Positions 34,983 through 49,879 of a DNA stretch of 64,000 nt are shown here, piece by piece. The DNA comes from Williopsis jadinii. Its lineage: Eukaryota. Every line of letters begins with the position of its first letter. The first letter of the stretch is position 1. The stretch is taken from NCBI GenBank assembly GCA_024346625.1, contig AP024664.1:1426001-1490000 (forward strand). Reading direction: 5' to 3'. Below the pieces are notes generated by a model, which was not told the DNA's origin, made no database searches, and worked only from the letters and a program-made list of their open reading frames with translations. A program made the position numbers and the translations under genes.

Positions 34983-37974
34983 TGTTCTTCACTTGCTTCC
35001 TCCCTCTCTTCAACTGTAAATATTCGAGTCAACAGTAGACGTCGTCCTCTGTAGTGGAGATGAAAAAGGATGAGGGTCAATCCCGTAGCAAACCGAAATC
35101 CACACACAGACGGACGCACAGCCAAACACTGCTTGATTTTTAGGTGAGGTTAGAATCAAAGAGCACCCACCTGCTTAGAAACAAAAAATAGCCTTATAAA
35201 AACACACGCTCAATAGTGGATCCAGGAGGGTAAACGATAGATTGAGACCGGCGTCCAGCACTTGAGCACAGAGGGGCAATAATCTTAAATTATATCTCTC
35301 TGTTTAAATCTGTGTCGGAATTCCACCAGATATTAAAAAGTAGGGAGGCTTTTTGGTCTTTTAATTCTGGGTGGGCCGTCCGACGTATGTTTTTGCCCTG
35401 CAAGTTTTTTTTCCCTGTTTTTCTCCCCTTCTTTTTAGTATGTTTTCACCAGGAAATCAACAACTTCCAACTACCAATTATGCGTCCAAATTGGGCAGCA
35501 CTGGTGAATATCCACGTCTCGATTGGAGTGTGTGGTGGGCTTTGGTCCGTAGTTTATTTCGCTTAAGCCAGAACGTCCAGGAAAATCAGAAAATAGCACT
35601 GGAGACGCCTTGAATTCTGAGCGGCCCGTTACTGATTAATTTTTTTCTTTGTGTGTGAAAAGAGAGAACCCTTAACAGACAAGTTGCTTTTATCAGCGGG
35701 GGGAATACAAGCGTGACAAGTGTAGATGAACTTAAGCTGGGAGGAACAGGCAATAAAAGGATGGCAGGTCTACTTTAAAATATACTTTTTTCCCTTTCTG
35801 TCTACTTCAAGTGCCAATTGTTGGAGCGTTGAATCGTCACGATCGTCTTGGTTAGACCCGATGTTTTTTGGATATATATCATGTGTACTATGCGTGCGTG
35901 TATGTATGTGCATGCACATCAATACGTGAAAGTCCTTCACAACTTCCGCCGTTTCTCACCATCCAAACCCACACTTACACTGCTGCCAGCTGTGCCATCC
36001 CTGAGGGACTGGTAGCATTTGAGCACGCTCAGTGCCATATACGCGTTCACTACGCAAGACCTAATGGGACTTTTGGGCCCTCTCTTTGGCGCCTTGTGTA
36101 AAACCACCCACCCACCACGCCAGTGCTGGGCTCATGATGCTGCCCAGCATCGAGGTCAAACGTGACCCACTGGAAGTAATAGTGGGGCTCATTATTCTCC
36201 TCCATGTGCCTAGGGGTATACTGAATGACTTCATCACAACCGGCAGCTCTGGTCCCCTAAAGGAAACGTCAAAGCTAGTCAGTTGCTAGAGCTGGCGTGG
36301 ACTGCTCCCACTGCCTCGCAACTTTGAGCGATTATTACGGCCCAATGACTCACATGACTCAATTTGTAGATTTATTAGGCAAAATTCAAGCTCACGTTGC
36401 GTCAACGATTAAACGAATTTTACTGAAGAATAAGTGCGGCCTGGCGCTTTTTTCGTTTTCTCATGCAGTTAAGCTGATGGAAGTTAACTGACCGTTGGCA
36501 CTTGGTAAGAACAGGGGAAGTAGGAAAGGCAGCAGCAGTACACATGACATACCAAATTGATTGAGGTTAACTGAGCCGATTTAGCATTTATGATTAGGGA
36601 GTGGGATGCGGGATGATTGGAAGTTCAAAGACTGCTGTTGCCTGTGATTTGCGAAGATATCATATGCGGTGGTGGTTGTGGTGCATGCCGTTGGGTTCAA
36701 CCTTGTCCATCTTGGTATTGTTTTAGAATCCTTTGCATGAATCTCACGAGGCTCTGTGTCTGTGCCTGTGGCTCTCTGTATACAGCAGAGAGGGTGTTGT
36801 ATTTTCAAAGTTTAAGCGTGATGCTCAAATACCACACAACTCATCACTTTAACCATAATTCCTACATGGCTTTCCTCGTCTGTGCCATTTGAAAAGGAGC
36901 TACTCAAAATAATCTGATTATACTCAGATTTTGAAAGGCGGCCTCTCCGCCCCTCCTGGGGAAGAGAGCGCACTTGGCAGAAAGTTGAAGCTGTGTCTAT
37001 TTTTAAGGTTGTGACCGTATGCAAACAGGACACCCCCACCAAAAAGTACCCAACTACACAGAGCGACAAACCAGGGTAATCACTGGTTAAAATGTCCAAC
37101 TGTGTTGTATATAGTTTTGCTATGCTTGTGTTTCATCCCAGTGATGGCTTAGAAAGGTCTGGCCGACGGGTTGGCCAGTCCAGATCGTAATAGTGAAATC
37201 GATAAAAGGAGCGAGTTGAAATTAGACACATGCTTGAGTGCTTTGAGGTGCGTGTGAAAAAGCATCCTCAATGTTTTTCCGTGATCGGCACCTAATATGA
37301 GAACCGTATTAGAATCAGCCTGAGTCGTCAGTTAGTGCTCCGTACACAGGCAATTTATACTTCATACAAAGGGTTGAACACAAACCTGCTCAACGAATGT
37401 AATGTCTGAGCAGTTTGAAGCACTTGATTTTGGAGTTGTGGGAGGTTGAGGGGTCGGGAAATGTGGAAGGTGGCACAGGAAACGATTACCCTGCGGCACA
37501 TCTGCAGAGTGTGTTTCTCAACGGCTGTGATGCCACCACTTACATAACCTAGGATGGTGGAGCCAGTATTGGACATCATGAAACTACACCATTAGGTGAT
37601 CTCAATATTGGCCCAGTTTGCCGTGGATCGCCACTAGTAACAGTATTCAAAGACTTATATGATGTATTCACAGATCGGATAAGAAGAGCCATTATTCTTG
37701 CGAGCAACAGTAACGGCTACGTACCGGAGAACAGCGTATGTAAATTGCGAGTTGTGAGTGACAAGACCACAACCGTGAATGTGCGTGGACATCAAAACTA
37801 CAGTCAAACAACAATATGAGTAAATTCGATCAACCTGTAGAACTTTTTGTTTATTTTCTCTCAATATGAAATTATGCAAAGAACTTTGATAGACGTGCTA
37901 TGAACTATGATACCATGTGTTGGTGTGAGATGCCAAGGGTTCAACGATCCCTCGACCTAGATCAGGCCGGGAAA

Positions 37975-38658
37975 TCATTGATGGGAGGACTTACCAAGGG
38001 ACTCCCATTTTAAGTTGTATCTGCCTTCAGGAACCTCGTAGTTCTCAATCAAGCTTAAGACTTCATCCACTGTGGTTCCAACTTTGATGATATTGCCATT
38101 CTTCTCGGAAATGAACTCGGATTTGATGGAGCTCTTGATGAACTCCAACAAGCCGTCGTAGAAGCCATTGATATTGAAAAAGACAATAGGCTTGCTGTGG
38201 ATACCCAATTGACTCCAGGTGATAACCTCCATCACCTCCTCCAAAGTACCGTACCCACCAGGCATTGCGATGAAGGCATCTGCTTCAAGGCCCATCATAC
38301 GCTTACGCGTATGCATATCTGGCACCACAGTGGTCTTACCATACTCTTCGTTGATAGGCGTGACCCCTTGGTGGTTGTCAACGGATTCTTTTAGCTTGTT
38401 GTTAAAAGCCTCCACGTCTTCATCCGCACGTTCCTTTGACACCAACGCGTCTGGAATGATTCCATGGACATAGCCCTTGTTGGATGAACAGTCCTTTGCA
38501 ACGGCGCCCATCAACCCAGTGGTTCCACCACCGTACACCAACCCCCATTTCTTCGAGGCAAGTTCCTGGCCCAACGCTTTGGCTTGGGCGGTGAACTCCG
38601 GATCGTTACCAAACGACGACCCACAAAACACACACACAACCTTCTCACTTGTTGTCAT
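37975..38658 (-). CDS. LOG1: LOG-family nucleotide phosphoribohydrolase (YJL055W-like)
   Basis: [23 protein letters not shown] and PGGYGTLEE motifs; adjacent to ZAP1 as in S. cerevisiae. Confidence 0.92.
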   Translation of the reverse strand: MTTSEKVVCVFCGSSFGNDPEFTAQAKALGQELASKKWGLVYGGGTTGLMGAVAKDCSSNKGYVHGIIPDALVSKERADEDVEAFNNKLKESVDNHQGVTPINEEYGKTTVVPDMHTRKRMMGLEADAFIAMPGGYGTLEEVMEVITWSQLGIHSKPIVFFNINGFYDGLLEFIKSSIKSEFISEKNGNIIKVGTTVDEVLSLIENYEVPEGRYNLKWESLGKSSHQ

Positions 38659-39888
38659 TGTTTCTCCTATCTTGTTTCTGTTGCTGTTTGAATTTGGTTG
38701 CTTTCTTCTGGATCTAATGGCTACAGTTAGCGAATAACGTCAAAACAAAAAAAAGCTGTGCGAAAACCACACACACACGTGGAAATAACACGGGCACACA
38801 TACAATTTGCACTTCAAAAGGTTCTATCGGGTTCTCTGAGCTTTTTGGCCCTTTTATTCCCTGATCGAACGTTTCTTATCCTCCCGTCTGTTTCGCTCGT
38901 GAGTCCAATCATGGGTTCTTTGCCACGCTTATATACGTTTTCATGACAATGCAACTGTCCGACCAATTTCGTTATCTTATCGGTGGTGACAAGTTGCAAC
39001 GTCGCCCGTCAAGCGGGTTTCGATGATGTCAACGACGTGCCCAAGTGGAGTTTTTCGGCTTCATTGGTGCAAACATTGACACAAACCGAGCTTATCCCAC
39101 CGGCATGTCCAGGTGTTTCCAGGTTGGCTGGCAGAGGCATGCCGTGCTGCCGACGGTTGCTCCGAAGGCAGGCCGGTTCTGCCCCCAGGCGGGCAGGCCT
39201 GCTGACTAAGCACTTATGTAATAAATAGACGATTATACCAGAAAGAGGAAGAATACCATAATAGGAAATATTCGCGCGTCATCCTGTTATCGTCTCTGTT
39301 TTGGCGGTGGAGGATGTGGCCGCCACGAGATTCCGACGAACAAACAACCCGCCACACAACTGCGCGTCAGCGTCTTGTGGTTTCGGAATTTTTTTTTGCA
39401 TCATATACACGCACGAAAAGTTCAGGAACCACCAAGGTTGTAAAGTAGATTGGGAATTGGCGTACTGTTTGTTGACGAACAACCTTCACAGGGCAAATAT
39501 GTACTGAAGAGTTTTCTCTCATTCCATTTTTCAAGTCCGGAATAGAAGAGGAGAAGAAGAGCGGGAGAGGTTGCGAGGTTGAGCGCTCAAGAAAGACAAC
39601 CACTACAAAGTGTCAACGGACAAGGCAGTACCAATTGCCATTTTGACAGCATATAAACACACCGTGGTTACCAGGCTGGTGGAATACACGTCGGAGGAAA
39701 AGGCCAAGAAAGCACTGGCCGTTCAGAGAGACTGGCGAAAACTGCACCAAGTACGTGGCTACAGCACAGAGGTTTCAGGAGGATAGCAGGGGAGAGAGGA
39801 TACATCATAGTTGAAACAAGCGTGGGTATTGACGTACAAGGACATAGCCCATCACACGGTTTTGCGGAATAGGAGAACAAGAGACACA

Positions 39889-41838
39889 ATGGCTAGTCAG
39901 TTGAGACAGCTGGAAAATGGCATCATGAAGTATACCATGGAGGACGACAGCCCCAGGGTGTCTGACTACACGAATGAGGAGTATTCCTCATCGGTATCCG
40001 GAGCGTCCATTACACCACAGATCGGGGACGTCCAGGATCTCGATGTGCACGATGAGATACTTCCAATTGAGCAACAAGCCGGCTTGGTTCATGGTCATAT
40101 CCATAACTATGAGAATTTCACTTATATCCATGGCCATATACACACTAACGAGAACGCATCGTGTAATGCACTGGAAAGTTGCGTCTGCGATGAAGACGTG
40201 AAGAGAAGACCAAGTAGAAGAAGTTCTCTCCATAAGCATACCAACGACTTGCACTCGGAAAACTTCTCTGAATGCCAACATTTCGAATTCCTGAACTGCC
40301 ACGATAACACTCCGCTGCTGCCGGTAAACCTGGATGATGATTCTATCACATGTAACATGCACGAGAATTGTAAACCGAAGATAGTTGAGGTTTGCTGTGA
40401 TACTTTACACAATGAAGATTCTTCAGGCCCATTCCCACTCAATTCTGGACACGTACTCCCGACAGAAGATGCACATCTTCACGAGGGGACAACAGACCAT
40501 ACCTTTGATTTCGAAAGGGCCCTATTGGACTGTGGATTAGGTGATTGCATTGACATTAAATGTGATTTGGACACTTGTGATACCAATGACTTACATTGCA
40601 AATACTGTGATGTTGTGGAAGAACTGCCCAGCATTAAACAGGAGTTCGATATTGAACCCACACCGAATAATCAATTATCAAATTTGAAGAGACAAAGAAA
40701 TGAAAGTTTCTCAAATGAATATATCCATATGCATAGCCATGTTCATCACCAACATCCAGAGGGATTTCAACACCATCTTCATCACAAACAACATCATCAG
40801 CACCCAGAAAACCACCATCACCATCTTTTTCAACTTCATGAGCATCAACAGAAGAAGATCAAGACAGACGACGGCTCAGAGTTGATAAATTTTGAATGGA
40901 ATTTCAAAAACCAGGAGACCAAATGTGAATGGGAGAATTGTTCCACCATGTTGAATAACTCCTTGCAGTTACAGAATCATATCATGGAGGACCATATTCT
41001 CTCAGAGTATCCAGATCTCAACGCAACACCAGCTCATGATCATTCGTTTGAATGTGAATGGAAAAACTGTGATTACTCTGGAGTGGATATCTTCAGCTTG
41101 GTCAATCATGTAAATTTGAAGCATGGATTACAGGGCCTTCCCGATACACTCAAGTTCGATTTGCGTAAGCAAGATGGCAGCCTGGAACAGCTACCAACAC
41201 CATCTGAGGCTCTTGAAAAGACAACCACAAGGGCCCGCAGAGGAAGAAGAATACAACAACAACAAGAAGAAGAACCAGAACAAACCGTTTGTAAATGGCT
41301 GGTTGAAGATGAACATGGAAACCAGCATGATTGCAACAAGCAATGTCGAACAGCGGGGGAACTAACAGATCATTTGATCGTGGATCACATTGGTTCTGGC
41401 AAATCAGAGTACACTTGTCTTTGGAAAGGATGCGACAGAAATCACCGTAATTTCAACCAACGACAAAAGATTATCAGACATTTACACGTTCATACGAGAT
41501 ATAAACCGTTCAAATGTGAAGAATGTGGTCATTCCTTTGCTATCGAGTCCATGCTTGAACAACACATGAGAACGCATTCAGGTGAAAAGCCTTATGCTTG
41601 TAAACAATGTGGGAAACATTTCGCTACAAGCTCATCGTTGTCTATTCACATGAGAACTCATACTGGTGAGAAACCTCTCATGTGTAAGTATCCAGGTTGT
41701 GGGAAGAGGTTCAGCGAGAGCTCCAACTTGACTAAACACATCAAGACACATGAAAAGACCTACAAATGTGAGTGTTGTTCCAAGAGCTTCACGAAAGAGA
41801 AGCAGTTGGAGAATCACATGGCGAAGTATCATACGTAA
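39889..41838 (+). CDS. ZAP1: Zinc-responsive C2H2 transcription factor
   Basis: HGHIHNY..YIHGHIH motif, Cys/His-rich region, CxWxxC fingers and C-terminal C2H2 array; first ATG at 39889. Confidence 0.92.
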   Translation: MASQLRQLENGIMKYTMEDDSPRVSDYTNEEYSSSVSGASITPQIGDVQDLDVHDEILPIEQQAGLVHGHIHNYENFTYIHGHIHTNENASCNALESCVCDEDVKRRPSRRSSLHKHTNDLHSENFSECQHFEFLNCHDNTPLLPVNLDDDSITCNMHENCKPKIVEVCCDTLHNEDSSGPFPLNSGHVLPTEDAHLHEGTTDHTFDFERALLDCGLGDCIDIKCDLDTCDTNDLHCKYCDVVEELPSIKQEFDIEPTPNNQLSNLKRQRNESFSNEYIHMHSHVHHQHPEGFQHHLHHKQHHQHPENHHHHLFQLHEHQQKKIKTDDGSELINFEWNFKNQETKCEWENCSTMLNNSLQLQNHIMEDHILSEYPDLNATPAHDHSFECEWKNCDYSGVDIFSLVNHVNLKHGLQGLPDTLKFDLRKQDGSLEQLPTPSEALEKTTTRARRGRRIQQQQEEEPEQTVCKWLVEDEHGNQHDCNKQCRTAGELTDHLIVDHIGSGKSEYTCLWKGCDRNHRNFNQRQKIIRHLHVHTRYKPFKCEECGHSFAIESMLEQHMRTHSGEKPYACKQCGKHFATSSSLSIHMRTHTGEKPLMCKYPGCGKRFSESSNLTKHIKTHEKTYKCECCSKSFTKEKQLENHMAKYHT

Positions 41839-41910
41839 GCTCTGAGGGTGTTATTCTCCAGGAATCTGATAGATATATGAATTTATTTAAATTGTAGTGT
41901 ACACATTGTA

Positions 41911-43635
41911 TCATTGACTAGCGTTTGTCTTTGCAGTCAGTTCTGCTTGCTTGACAAGGTTGATTGGGGCATCCATCTCCTCAAGAACAACGTCAATCAA
42001 TCTAATCTTGTCGTTTCTTGCGAAATCAGCACAACGGAACATCGTATCCAGCTCACCAACTGTTTTCACTTGAATAGCATCATAGTCCTTTGCTCCAAAC
42101 GTTGGCAACAGCTTCAAATGATCCCAGATCTGGATCTCGTTGTAACCAGCATTAGGACCATGAATCAGCTTCTCAATTGTGTAACCTTGATTGTTAAGAA
42201 CAAAGATGTAGGGGGTCAAGTTATGTCTGATCATAGTGGAAATGGCTTGAACGGTAAGTTGCAGAGAACCATCACCTACAAAGAGAATCACACGTCTAGG
42301 CTTCTCAAGCTCTTGTGCTGCTGCAACAGCACCGCAACAGGCACCAACGGAATAACCAATTGATCCCCAAAGGACTTGGGAGATACCAAGAACGTTGTCA
42401 GGGAACTTTGTTTGAAGAATACCAAAAGCAGAGGTACCGGTTTCTGTTATAACAATGTCGTTTGGTTGCAAGAATGTTGACAAGTTAGTCCAGAGCCACT
42501 GCTGAGTGAGCTTTGAAGATGGATCAGCTTTCAGAGGCCCTTCCATCTGTGGAACTTCGATAGGGGCATAATCGGTCATCAATGATTTGATGCTTTCATT
42601 CAACTTCTGCAGCACAAACCTGAAGTTAAGACCTGGGTATGTTGCTGACTTGATCTTGATGTAGTCAGAATGGAATTCAACAACGTTCTTAGTGCCGTAG
42701 GAGTACGAGAATGAGCCAGTGTTGAAATCAGAGAGCAGTGCACCAACAGACAAGATGAGATCAGCGTTCTCAACAACCTGCTTGACCTCTGGCTTGGACA
42801 AGCTGCCGACGTAGACTCCTCCAAATCTCGGGTTGTTTTCATTGACAACACCTTTGCCCATAGGTGTTGTAAACGTTGGGAACTGAGTGGTGGCGATCAA
42901 CGTGTGAGTTTCGTCTTTAACGTTATGACGAGAAGCACACGAGTCAACAATGATAACTGGCGACTTGGCACTCTTGATGAGTTCCAGGACAGTGTCCAGC
43001 ACCTCCTGTTCAGCAGACGGGTTGTTTGGTTGCACTGTCAGGTCAATTGGAGTATCAAGAAGTGCCGTAGGCACTGGCTCCTCCACCAAGTTCGTCGGAA
43101 GCCCGATGTAGACCGGCTTCTGAGAGATGTACGCCTCTCTGATACAGCGGTCGATCTCTGAAGCTGCTGACTGCGGATCGTTGATCCAAGCCGTCGTCTT
43201 AGAGATGTAGGAGGACATTCTGTGGAAAACGTTGAAGTCACCGTTACCAAGCGTGTGGTGTAGCAGCAGCTGCTTTGACTGCGACGCTGTCGAAGCAACA
43301 CCAACAATGTGGACAACGCCAACGTGCTCAGCATAAGAACCTGCAATACCGTTCAACGCAGACAACTCACCAACACCGAATGTGGTGATCAGTGCGCCAA
43401 TGCCCTTGACCCTGGCGTACCCGTCAGCAGCGTAAGAGGCATTGAGCTCATTCGTGTCGCCTGCCCACCTCATGCCGTCAACCTTGTAGAGGTAGTCCAG
43501 GAGACACAGGTTGAAGTCCCCTGGCAGCCCAAAGACTGTGTTCACTTGCAATTGTTTGAGCCTCTCGAAGACGTACTGGCCCACCGTGATCGTGTCCATC
43601 TTCATCTTCTTTGTGGTGTGCATGTCGTCTGTCAT
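41911..43635 (-). CDS. Pyruvate decarboxylase family (Pdc1/5/6-like)
   Basis: FGLPGDFN, NELNASYAADGYAR, LHHTLG, GDGSLQLT and NNQGYTIEKLIHG; catalytic Asp, His-His and Glu are retained. Confidence 0.93.
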   Translation of the reverse strand: MTDDMHTTKKMKMDTITVGQYVFERLKQLQVNTVFGLPGDFNLCLLDYLYKVDGMRWAGDTNELNASYAADGYARVKGIGALITTFGVGELSALNGIAGSYAEHVGVVHIVGVASTASQSKQLLLHHTLGNGDFNVFHRMSSYISKTTAWINDPQSAASEIDRCIREAYISQKPVYIGLPTNLVEEPVPTALLDTPIDLTVQPNNPSAEQEVLDTVLELIKSAKSPVIIVDSCASRHNVKDETHTLIATTQFPTFTTPMGKGVVNENNPRFGGVYVGSLSKPEVKQVVENADLILSVGALLSDFNTGSFSYSYGTKNVVEFHSDYIKIKSATYPGLNFRFVLQKLNESIKSLMTDYAPIEVPQMEGPLKADPSSKLTQQWLWTNLSTFLQPNDIVITETGTSAFGILQTKFPDNVLGISQVLWGSIGYSVGACCGAVAAAQELEKPRRVILFVGDGSLQLTVQAISTMIRHNLTPYIFVLNNQGYTIEKLIHGPNAGYNEIQIWDHLKLLPTFGAKDYDAIQVKTVGELDTMFRCADFARNDKIRLIDVVLEEMDAPINLVKQAELTAKTNASQ

Positions 43636-44414
43636 TTTGGATGGTGATGTCTACAAGCAATGACATTCTCAGGACACCACTGCCCCCTAATTTATACACT
43701 TTGCAACCAGAAACAAACAGCCAATATCCTCCAACTTCATGCGTTCGGCCCAAATGGACGCATTGTTACGCACGACATTGTGACATGTACGCCTCTGTTG
43801 CCTTAGGACTCAGTGCACTGTGATATTCGACCTTTGGATTAGGATACGGAATTATCGTCTGATTATAGCAACTGAAACTTTGTCGTTGTTAGAGCTTTGG
43901 ATGTAAAAAGAACACGTAATGCAAATCCACATGATTTGGGGATGTCTCCTCAATGGTTTAGAAGGAGCTCCTTGAAGCATTGTATTTCCTCCTTCTTTCA
44001 GTTCAGAAAGAGAGAGCACTTTTATTTTATATTTTGGATTATATTGTTATTAAGATTATTCTTATTGTCGTCACCATAGCCTTAGATCTATTTTGCCACT
44101 CTGGTGAAAGGAACACTATTACGTCGATGATAGTGAAGAATATATTGTGACGTCGATATAACTGGAAGATAATATAAGCTGAGCCCCGAAGAGCACAGCA
44201 CGGTGCAGATACGGGCCCGGGGAGCAGTATAACGTGAACAGCCCCGTGGTGGGATTGCTACAACGGTGTGTTGAATGGTTGCTGTATATTTGGCTTTAGT
44301 AGTTCAATTGGTGATAAATGTGTCGTTGTGGTGTTATGTACATGTTTGCTGTAGAGGCTGAGGTGTTGTGTGTGGAGACGACAGCACTGCGCTGATAGCA
44401 CTGCGCTGACACGC

Positions 44415-46040
44415 TTACACGTGGAAGTACTGCTCGAACAACTCAGCACACGGAACCGTTGCTTTCAGTCTTGTACACAGGAGGAAGACACCACTGAACT
44501 TTCTGTGCAGTGAGTACGTTTCCTCCGGTGGAGGAGTCAGTCTCTCTCTCAGCATCAGCCCCATCTTGGCCTTGACCCTCGTAGTGACGTCCTGTGTGGA
44601 GAAGTCGTACAGTTTCTCCTTGAATGGCTCACCGAGCACCATGACGGACTCAACATGGGCTGCAACCATCTCGTCGGATTCGAACCCGGTCAGGTATCCC
44701 AGCTGCTTGGAGTAGGCTGCCACGATGTTCTTCTCTCCACGAATGGCACTCTGCAAGCATTCGACGTAGTTCTTGATGAACTCATCCCCGAACCCCCTAG
44801 ATGCGCCAAAGTCCAACAGCTCGATCTTCTTCGTCTTGTCGTTGTAGAGGAAGTTGGCCCAGTTGGGGTCAGTCTGCATGAATTTGAACTGGGCAATCTC
44901 CTGTAAGCACAATCTCATCACGTTGGTAGCCATCCAGTTCTTGGTCTCTTGATCCCACTCACCACGTGTGATCTCCACGCCTTCGAGATAGTCCATGGTG
45001 AGAATATTCTCAGTGGTCAACTCGTCGTATACCTTGGGAACTTCGAAGACAGGATCGTCTTTCAACAGCTCCCTAAACCGCTTAATGGCCTTTGCCTCTC
45101 TGATGAAGTCGCATTCCCATTTCAATTCCGTTCTTGCGTTGGCAATGGATTTATCTGCGTACATACCTCTTGGTAGCATGTTTGATGCTTTCAAAAGCAT
45201 CAACAAGGTATCCATGTCTGAGTCAATTGAGTTCTTAACACCCGGGTACTGGACCTTAACGGCAACCTTGGTGCCGTCTTTCAACACTGCCTTGTGAACC
45301 TGAGAGATCGACGCCGATGCGATAGGGATTTCCCCAAACTCCAGGAAGTGAGACTTCCAATGGCTGCCCAAGTTCTCCTTCATGATCCGGTGGAGCTGTC
45401 TCTGAGGCATGAAGTAGCTCTGGTTCTGGACAGACGTCAGCAGGCTGGAGACCTCTGGTGGGAGGAAAGATTCATCCTGAATCGACATCAGCTGGCCAAC
45501 CTTCAACGCGGCTCCTCTCATCTTGCGCAGCTTGTCACCAAGAAGCGTAACGTTCTTCGACGAAAGCGCAACGTTCTTCAAGTTTGGTCTCTGGCCCTTG
45601 GCGACGGCCTTCAAACTGTCGGAGGCGGCGTTGATGCTCATGGACGTGGCCAGCTGCCCATAGTGGAACAGCCTCTGCAGTTTCGTCGATGGCATCTCCA
45701 CTCCACCGTCCTCCTGGCCCTCGCCCTTCTCTGGCTCAACAGCCACAGCGGTCTTCTTCGCAGACGTCGAGTAGTTCCGCTTGCTCTGCGCAACTGGGCC
45801 CTTCGCGGCCCTGTGCTGGTGGCCAGAGGTGCTCGAGCCTACGGTCGAGCCTACGCTTCTCGCCTCCTCAGAGCGTTGATGCAATTCCTCATACATCTCA
45901 TCGTGGACTCTGCACGATCTCGTCAACGTAGACGTCCTGTAGAACTCCTTAGCATCCTTGACCGCAAGCTCCAACGAGCCCTGTCCAACCTTCGCAGCTC
46001 CTCTCGCTATGGAGACCACCTCGAAAAGAGTCCCTCTCAT
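44415..46040 (-). CDS. COQ8: ABC1/UbiB atypical kinase Coq8
   Basis: [37 protein letters not shown] and DFGA; first ATG at 46040; divergent from PRP43. Confidence 0.93.
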   Translation of the reverse strand: MRGTLFEVVSIARGAAKVGQGSLELAVKDAKEFYRTSTLTRSCRVHDEMYEELHQRSEEARSVGSTVGSSTSGHQHRAAKGPVAQSKRNYSTSAKKTAVAVEPEKGEGQEDGGVEMPSTKLQRLFHYGQLATSMSINAASDSLKAVAKGQRPNLKNVALSSKNVTLLGDKLRKMRGAALKVGQLMSIQDESFLPPEVSSLLTSVQNQSYFMPQRQLHRIMKENLGSHWKSHFLEFGEIPIASASISQVHKAVLKDGTKVAVKVQYPGVKNSIDSDMDTLLMLLKASNMLPRGMYADKSIANARTELKWECDFIREAKAIKRFRELLKDDPVFEVPKVYDELTTENILTMDYLEGVEITRGEWDQETKNWMATNVMRLCLQEIAQFKFMQTDPNWANFLYNDKTKKIELLDFGASRGFGDEFIKNYVECLQSAIRGEKNIVAAYSKQLGYLTGFESDEMVAAHVESVMVLGEPFKEKLYDFSTQDVTTRVKAKMGLMLRERLTPPPEETYSLHRKFSGVFLLCTRLKATVPCAELFEQYFHV

Positions 46041-46206
46041 CTTTGCCCAAAATTGTGTTCGTCTTCCTTTGCTTCTTCCCGCAATGGCAGACAAGCTGTG
46101 CGTGTTTGGCTTGAAGGTTCGTCCCAGAGGGAAGCGAAAACCGTTCTCGAGCCCAGCGGCAAATTCCGCGTGCGATTCTGGGCTGCGGCCAAAGCCCTAC
46201 CGGCAC

Positions 46207-46264
46207 AAAATTTTTTTCCCGCTGTCTCTCTCTGGAACTCATCTCATCTCATCTCATCTCAGCG
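46207..46264 (+). promoter_or_regulatory. RRPE-like element plus tandem PAC elements upstream of PRP43
   Basis: AAAATTTTTTT at 46207-46217 and (CTCAT)x4 CTCAGCG at 46238-46264. Confidence 0.65.
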
Positions 46265-46301
46265 AGCCATTTTGTCTTTGAATAACAACGAAGGCCTGTA
46301 G

Positions 46302-48494
<2,193 letters not shown>

Positions 48495-49518
48495 GCCCTG
48501 GTGAATCGTACTTATTTCTGCTGCGTTTTGATTTGAATACATGGTTGTAATACTGTTTAAAGCTGGTTGTTATGCACTCTACGTATGGCTCTCCAGGCCC
48601 ATGCGGTCATCTCCACGTAGTTGTAACGTTACATAGAGCTGTGTAGTTGTTTCAAACACCGCTTTTGAACACAGATTCTCTGCGTCATGATTACGCCACC
48701 TGTGTTTTAGAGCTCTGGCATGAATCAATTTGGATACGATCCTTCCATACATAACGCAACAACAGGCATAAAAGGCGGAGATCGATCATAGCAAACAAGA
48801 ACAGAAAAGACTACGAGACCAATGCCACCACCAGAAGAGGATGGCTATTACCAAGGCAACAATGATAGGGCATTTACGCATTACGCACATCGCTAAAACG
48901 TGGAAGCTTAATCTCAGGGGAGATGAATCAACCAGTGGAGGTGTTTCACCACAATCTCGGTGGAGAGCACGGCAGTGGAGGGCATGGCAGTGGTGGAGAG
49001 GGTGAGATTCGAGCCCTCGACACATACAAGGACATCTTGGAGAGATGTGCAATCCTCAGGACTACGTAGAACACGGGCTTATAGAGGAGGAGGAGGACCT
49101 CTGGGCACGTCACATCCTGCTGCTCACGTTCTCTCCTGAAACTTGATACCAACAGCTGTTCTCAACGTCCCATGCTTATATCGTACATCATGCCGATGTA
49201 CTGCAATACGTGCCATTTTATCTGCTATCTTCCCATGTAAGGCAACGCACCCTATATGAATCATGTGCTGTTGCTGCGCTCAGTAGCACGACACCGGCAG
49301 CAAAATGAAAACAAAACTTGCAACCTCATCGATTAACGTTGCAGTTGAACCATCTGGCAGTTGCGGACTGTGTATATAGCGTGTGGTGACTTCATGCCCT
49401 GGTTCGAATTCCAGTGGCCTGTAGAAGGCCAAACACCACGGCGATGTACTCGGGAGCGGCATGCCAGCCATACTTTACTCGTCCTCATTGGCTAATCGCA
49501 CTATTACGCTGCGAAGAG

Positions 49519-49559
49519 GGGCAATACGCTGACTCAGAACGGGCAATACGCTGACTCAG
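49519..49559 (+). promoter_or_regulatory. Duplicated 19-mer, each copy carrying TGACTCA (Gcn4/AP-1 site)
   Basis: GGGCAATACGCTGACTCAG at 49519-49537 and 49541-49559. Confidence 0.6.
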
Positions 49560-49879
49560 CGCTGAAACACATCCTCCTTCCAAACAGTCAGCTCCCCTGT
49601 GCCGTGTGTGCAATACAAAACCGCTGTTTGCGAAATTTCCTCCCTGAATTGGGCCACTTTCCATCTACTTTTTCTGGTAAAAATTCCGCCCCAAAGAGAA
49701 AGTGTTCCCACCGGCTGTGTGCTCTGTTTTTCTCTTAAAACCGGTGACTGGGCCTTGTCTTATTCCTTTTTCTTTTTTTTTCCTTAGCTTCAATTTTGCG
49801 GCACCACACAACAGGTTGCGACTATTCGATTAGCGAGGAACAGGTCGTGTTGACCAGAGCGTAGAAGGGCACCGTAGCC

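Noticed and set aside
35129..35170. 5' UTR intron of the Myb gene (GTGGGT..TTCTAAC..CAG on the minus strand)
   Set aside because: Only about 42 nt, with non-consensus donor and branch point.
49401..49416. tRNA T-loop/B-box (GGTTCGAATTCC; also GATTCGAACC at 61481-61490)
   Set aside because: No cloverleaf or A-box context.
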